A stretch of DNA of 64,000 bases from Leptolyngbyaceae cyanobacterium. Lineage in GTDB: Bacteria > Cyanobacteriota > Cyanobacteriia > Phormidesmidales > Phormidesmidaceae. Where the stretch lies: the NCBI GenBank assembly GCA_965263355.1, contig CBDHHL010000032.1, positions 2,688,001 through 2,752,000 on the forward strand, in the 5' to 3' direction. The stretch's first letter is position 1, and each line of letters opens with the position of its first letter. A program made the translations under genes and the position numbers. The notes beneath the pieces are model-generated. The model saw only the letters and a program-made list of their open reading frames with translations. It made no database searches and was not told where the DNA came from. This document shows positions 62,379 through 64,000 of this stretch, in pieces.

Positions 62379-64000
62379 AGTCCCTGAGGCGGACGAGGTC
62401 AATAGCAAAGGCTAAACTTCTTTTTCTAGTTAAGCTTGAGTCTGTATTCAGACATGCAGGATTAACCTGATACTCAGTTGTTCAGGGAGGAGATTGTTCT
62501 CTCTCAGAGAGGGCTGCTTTGCTGTATGACCGTGAATACGGGTTAGCTGTTCATCGGATATTGCTCCAAGTGATTACATCGAGTGCTCGATCTTGTTGTT
62601 GTAGTTGTAGTAGTTGTTGTTATCTGCCTTTAAAGTATTACTTGTTATTTTTGTGATTGTTGTTTAGGTTGTTGTTGAACGCCCAATAACTTTGCTAGTG
62701 GGGACTTTTTGCGTCTCAGTACAGCTATGTATTTTTCTTCATCATAAGGGACACCATCTTGCCAACAGCGCCAGAGAATTCTTCCCCACTTATAGGCCAA
62801 GGCACGAATCGCTTTAGGATGACTTTTACCTGATTGCTTCTGCTGTAGATAAAAGGCTTGGGACCAAGTCGAATGTCGACGCGCTTGATCGACCCATTCA
62901 ACAAAGGTTTGTCTGAGGAAAATTGGACATGACCAACGCCAATGAACCCAGCACTTTTTGCCGCTTTCCTCCTTGACAGGGGCAATACCGATATAGCTCA
63001 TAAAGGCCTGAGCCGACGTAAAGCGCGTGCGGTCTTCGCCAAAGGCGACTAACAGTCGTGGCGCTAGATGCGGTCCGGCTCCCGGTAAGGCCTGAAATAA
63101 CTCGGCATCTGGCAATGACTCAAACAGGTTAGCAATCTGTTGGTTAAATTCAGTTAATTGTTGTAAAACAACCTTAAGCAGAGTGATTAGACTTAAAGTC
63201 AGTGTTTTAGCCGGTATCACAATGGCGTCATCCTCAGTCAGCGGTGGGCCTGCGTCTTTGATTTGCTGAATCCTACGCTGAATCGTCGTCCGTCGAACAA
63301 CATGATGGCGATGGAAAAACTGAGTGATTGTTTCAGGGGTCGCTGCTTGGGCCGCTTTGACATCGTCGAACTGCTCAATAAACTCACAAAAGACCTGCGT
63401 ATCTTTATCTCTAAACCAATCAAGAACTTGAGGAAAATAGGATTTGAGTGATGCGGTGATACGGTTAGTCAAACGCACCTTTTCGCCCACTAACATCCGA
63501 CGCGATTCTACCCATTGTCTGAGGGCACGATGTTCAGGGCACCCTGCCACCCAAGCCTTTAGTTTATTGCCATGCTTACGCATTAACTCCACCAGAATAC
63601 GGGCATCTACGGGGTCGGATTTGGCTCGTGATGGCTGAAACGCTTTTCGATAGTTGGCCACCGTTCTGGGATTAATGGGAAACAGCACTAAATTGTCATA
63701 CTGACACAGCGCATAGAGTAGAGGCCCTCGCTGTTGTTCAAGAGCAACCGCAATTTTGCCAGGACCATACCGTTCTCGGAGTTGTGTGACCCAATCCAGA
63801 ATAGCTTGAGGATGGTTTTGAATAATACTATTTTTCCAGGTGTCTGTTGCACAGTCATATACCGCAATGTCATTTTTTCGGTCAGCCCAGTCAATGCCCA
63901 CATAGGCCACATAGTCAATCGACTCGATGGCCTTAGGCATAGGTGTTTCTGAAGCTGAGTCTGTAGTTATGGTTGGGGCTATTGTCATTGTGTTAGATTA
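62379..64000 (-). mobile_element. second IS110-family element (left end outside window) inserted after GCCTAAC-AT
   Basis: End AGTCCCTGAGGCGGACGAGGTCAATAGC is homologous to 52194 onward. Confidence 0.85.
62645..63988 (-). CDS. IS110 family recombinase/transposase (diverged paralogue of 52469-53752)
   Basis: GIDWADRKND, ALEQ, KSDPVDA, GIAPVKEESGK. Confidence 0.95.
   Translation of the reverse strand: MTIAPTITTDSASETPMPKAIESIDYVAYVGIDWADRKNDIAVYDCATDTWKNSIIQNHPQAILDWVTQLRERYGPGKIAVALEQQRGPLLYALCQYDNLVLFPINPRTVANYRKAFQPSRAKSDPVDARILVELMRKHGNKLKAWVAGCPEHRALRQWVESRRMLVGEKVRLTNRITASLKSYFPQVLDWFRDKDTQVFCEFIEQFDDVKAAQAATPETITQFFHRHHVVRRTTIQRRIQQIKDAGPPLTEDDAIVIPAKTLTLSLITLLKVVLQQLTEFNQQIANLFESLPDAELFQALPGAGPHLAPRLLVAFGEDRTRFTSAQAFMSYIGIAPVKEESGKKCWVHWRWSCPIFLRQTFVEWVDQARRHSTWSQAFYLQQKQSGKSHPKAIRALAYKWGRILWRCWQDGVPYDEEKYIAVLRRKKSPLAKLLGVQQQPKQQSQK

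Overview
Chromosomal window from a filamentous-type cyanobacterium, judged from frequent HIP1 GCGATCGC octamers, heptamer repeats, Uma2 genes and TIR-WD40/FHA-like genes. The left part holds a TIR-WD40 gene, a methyltransferase, a hydrolase, and a tandem-duplicated locus with three unannotated double-glycine-leader peptides in front of a filamentous-haemagglutinin-like gene. It continues with a GH3 plus beta-hydroxylase pair and a pstSCAB operon with a second PstS-like gene. The middle holds a giant FG-GAP/ASPIC/cadherin/LamG protein (broken by a probable assembly-error patch), a GT39 glycosyltransferase, a beta-propeller-HTTM fusion, a K+ channel and an RND pump. The best candidate for a new system is 49.66-64 kb, an integron-like cassette array with no integrase in the window, parasitised by two RNA-guided element types. 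The first is a head-to-tail pair of ORF-less group II introns whose EBS1 (GTCTAA) reads the integron core TTAGRC. The second is two IS110 elements inserted at the same position of attC-type sites (CTAAC-AT core). The complete IS110 has a reconstructable circle-junction promoter (TTGACC-N17-TATTAT) and a predicted bridge RNA with TWO target-binding loops plus one donor-binding loop. Between the two IS110s lies an 8-kb two-module NRPS with two methyltransferase-interrupted A domains, bounded by complementary GTTAGGC/GCCTAAC core sites like a giant inverted cassette.
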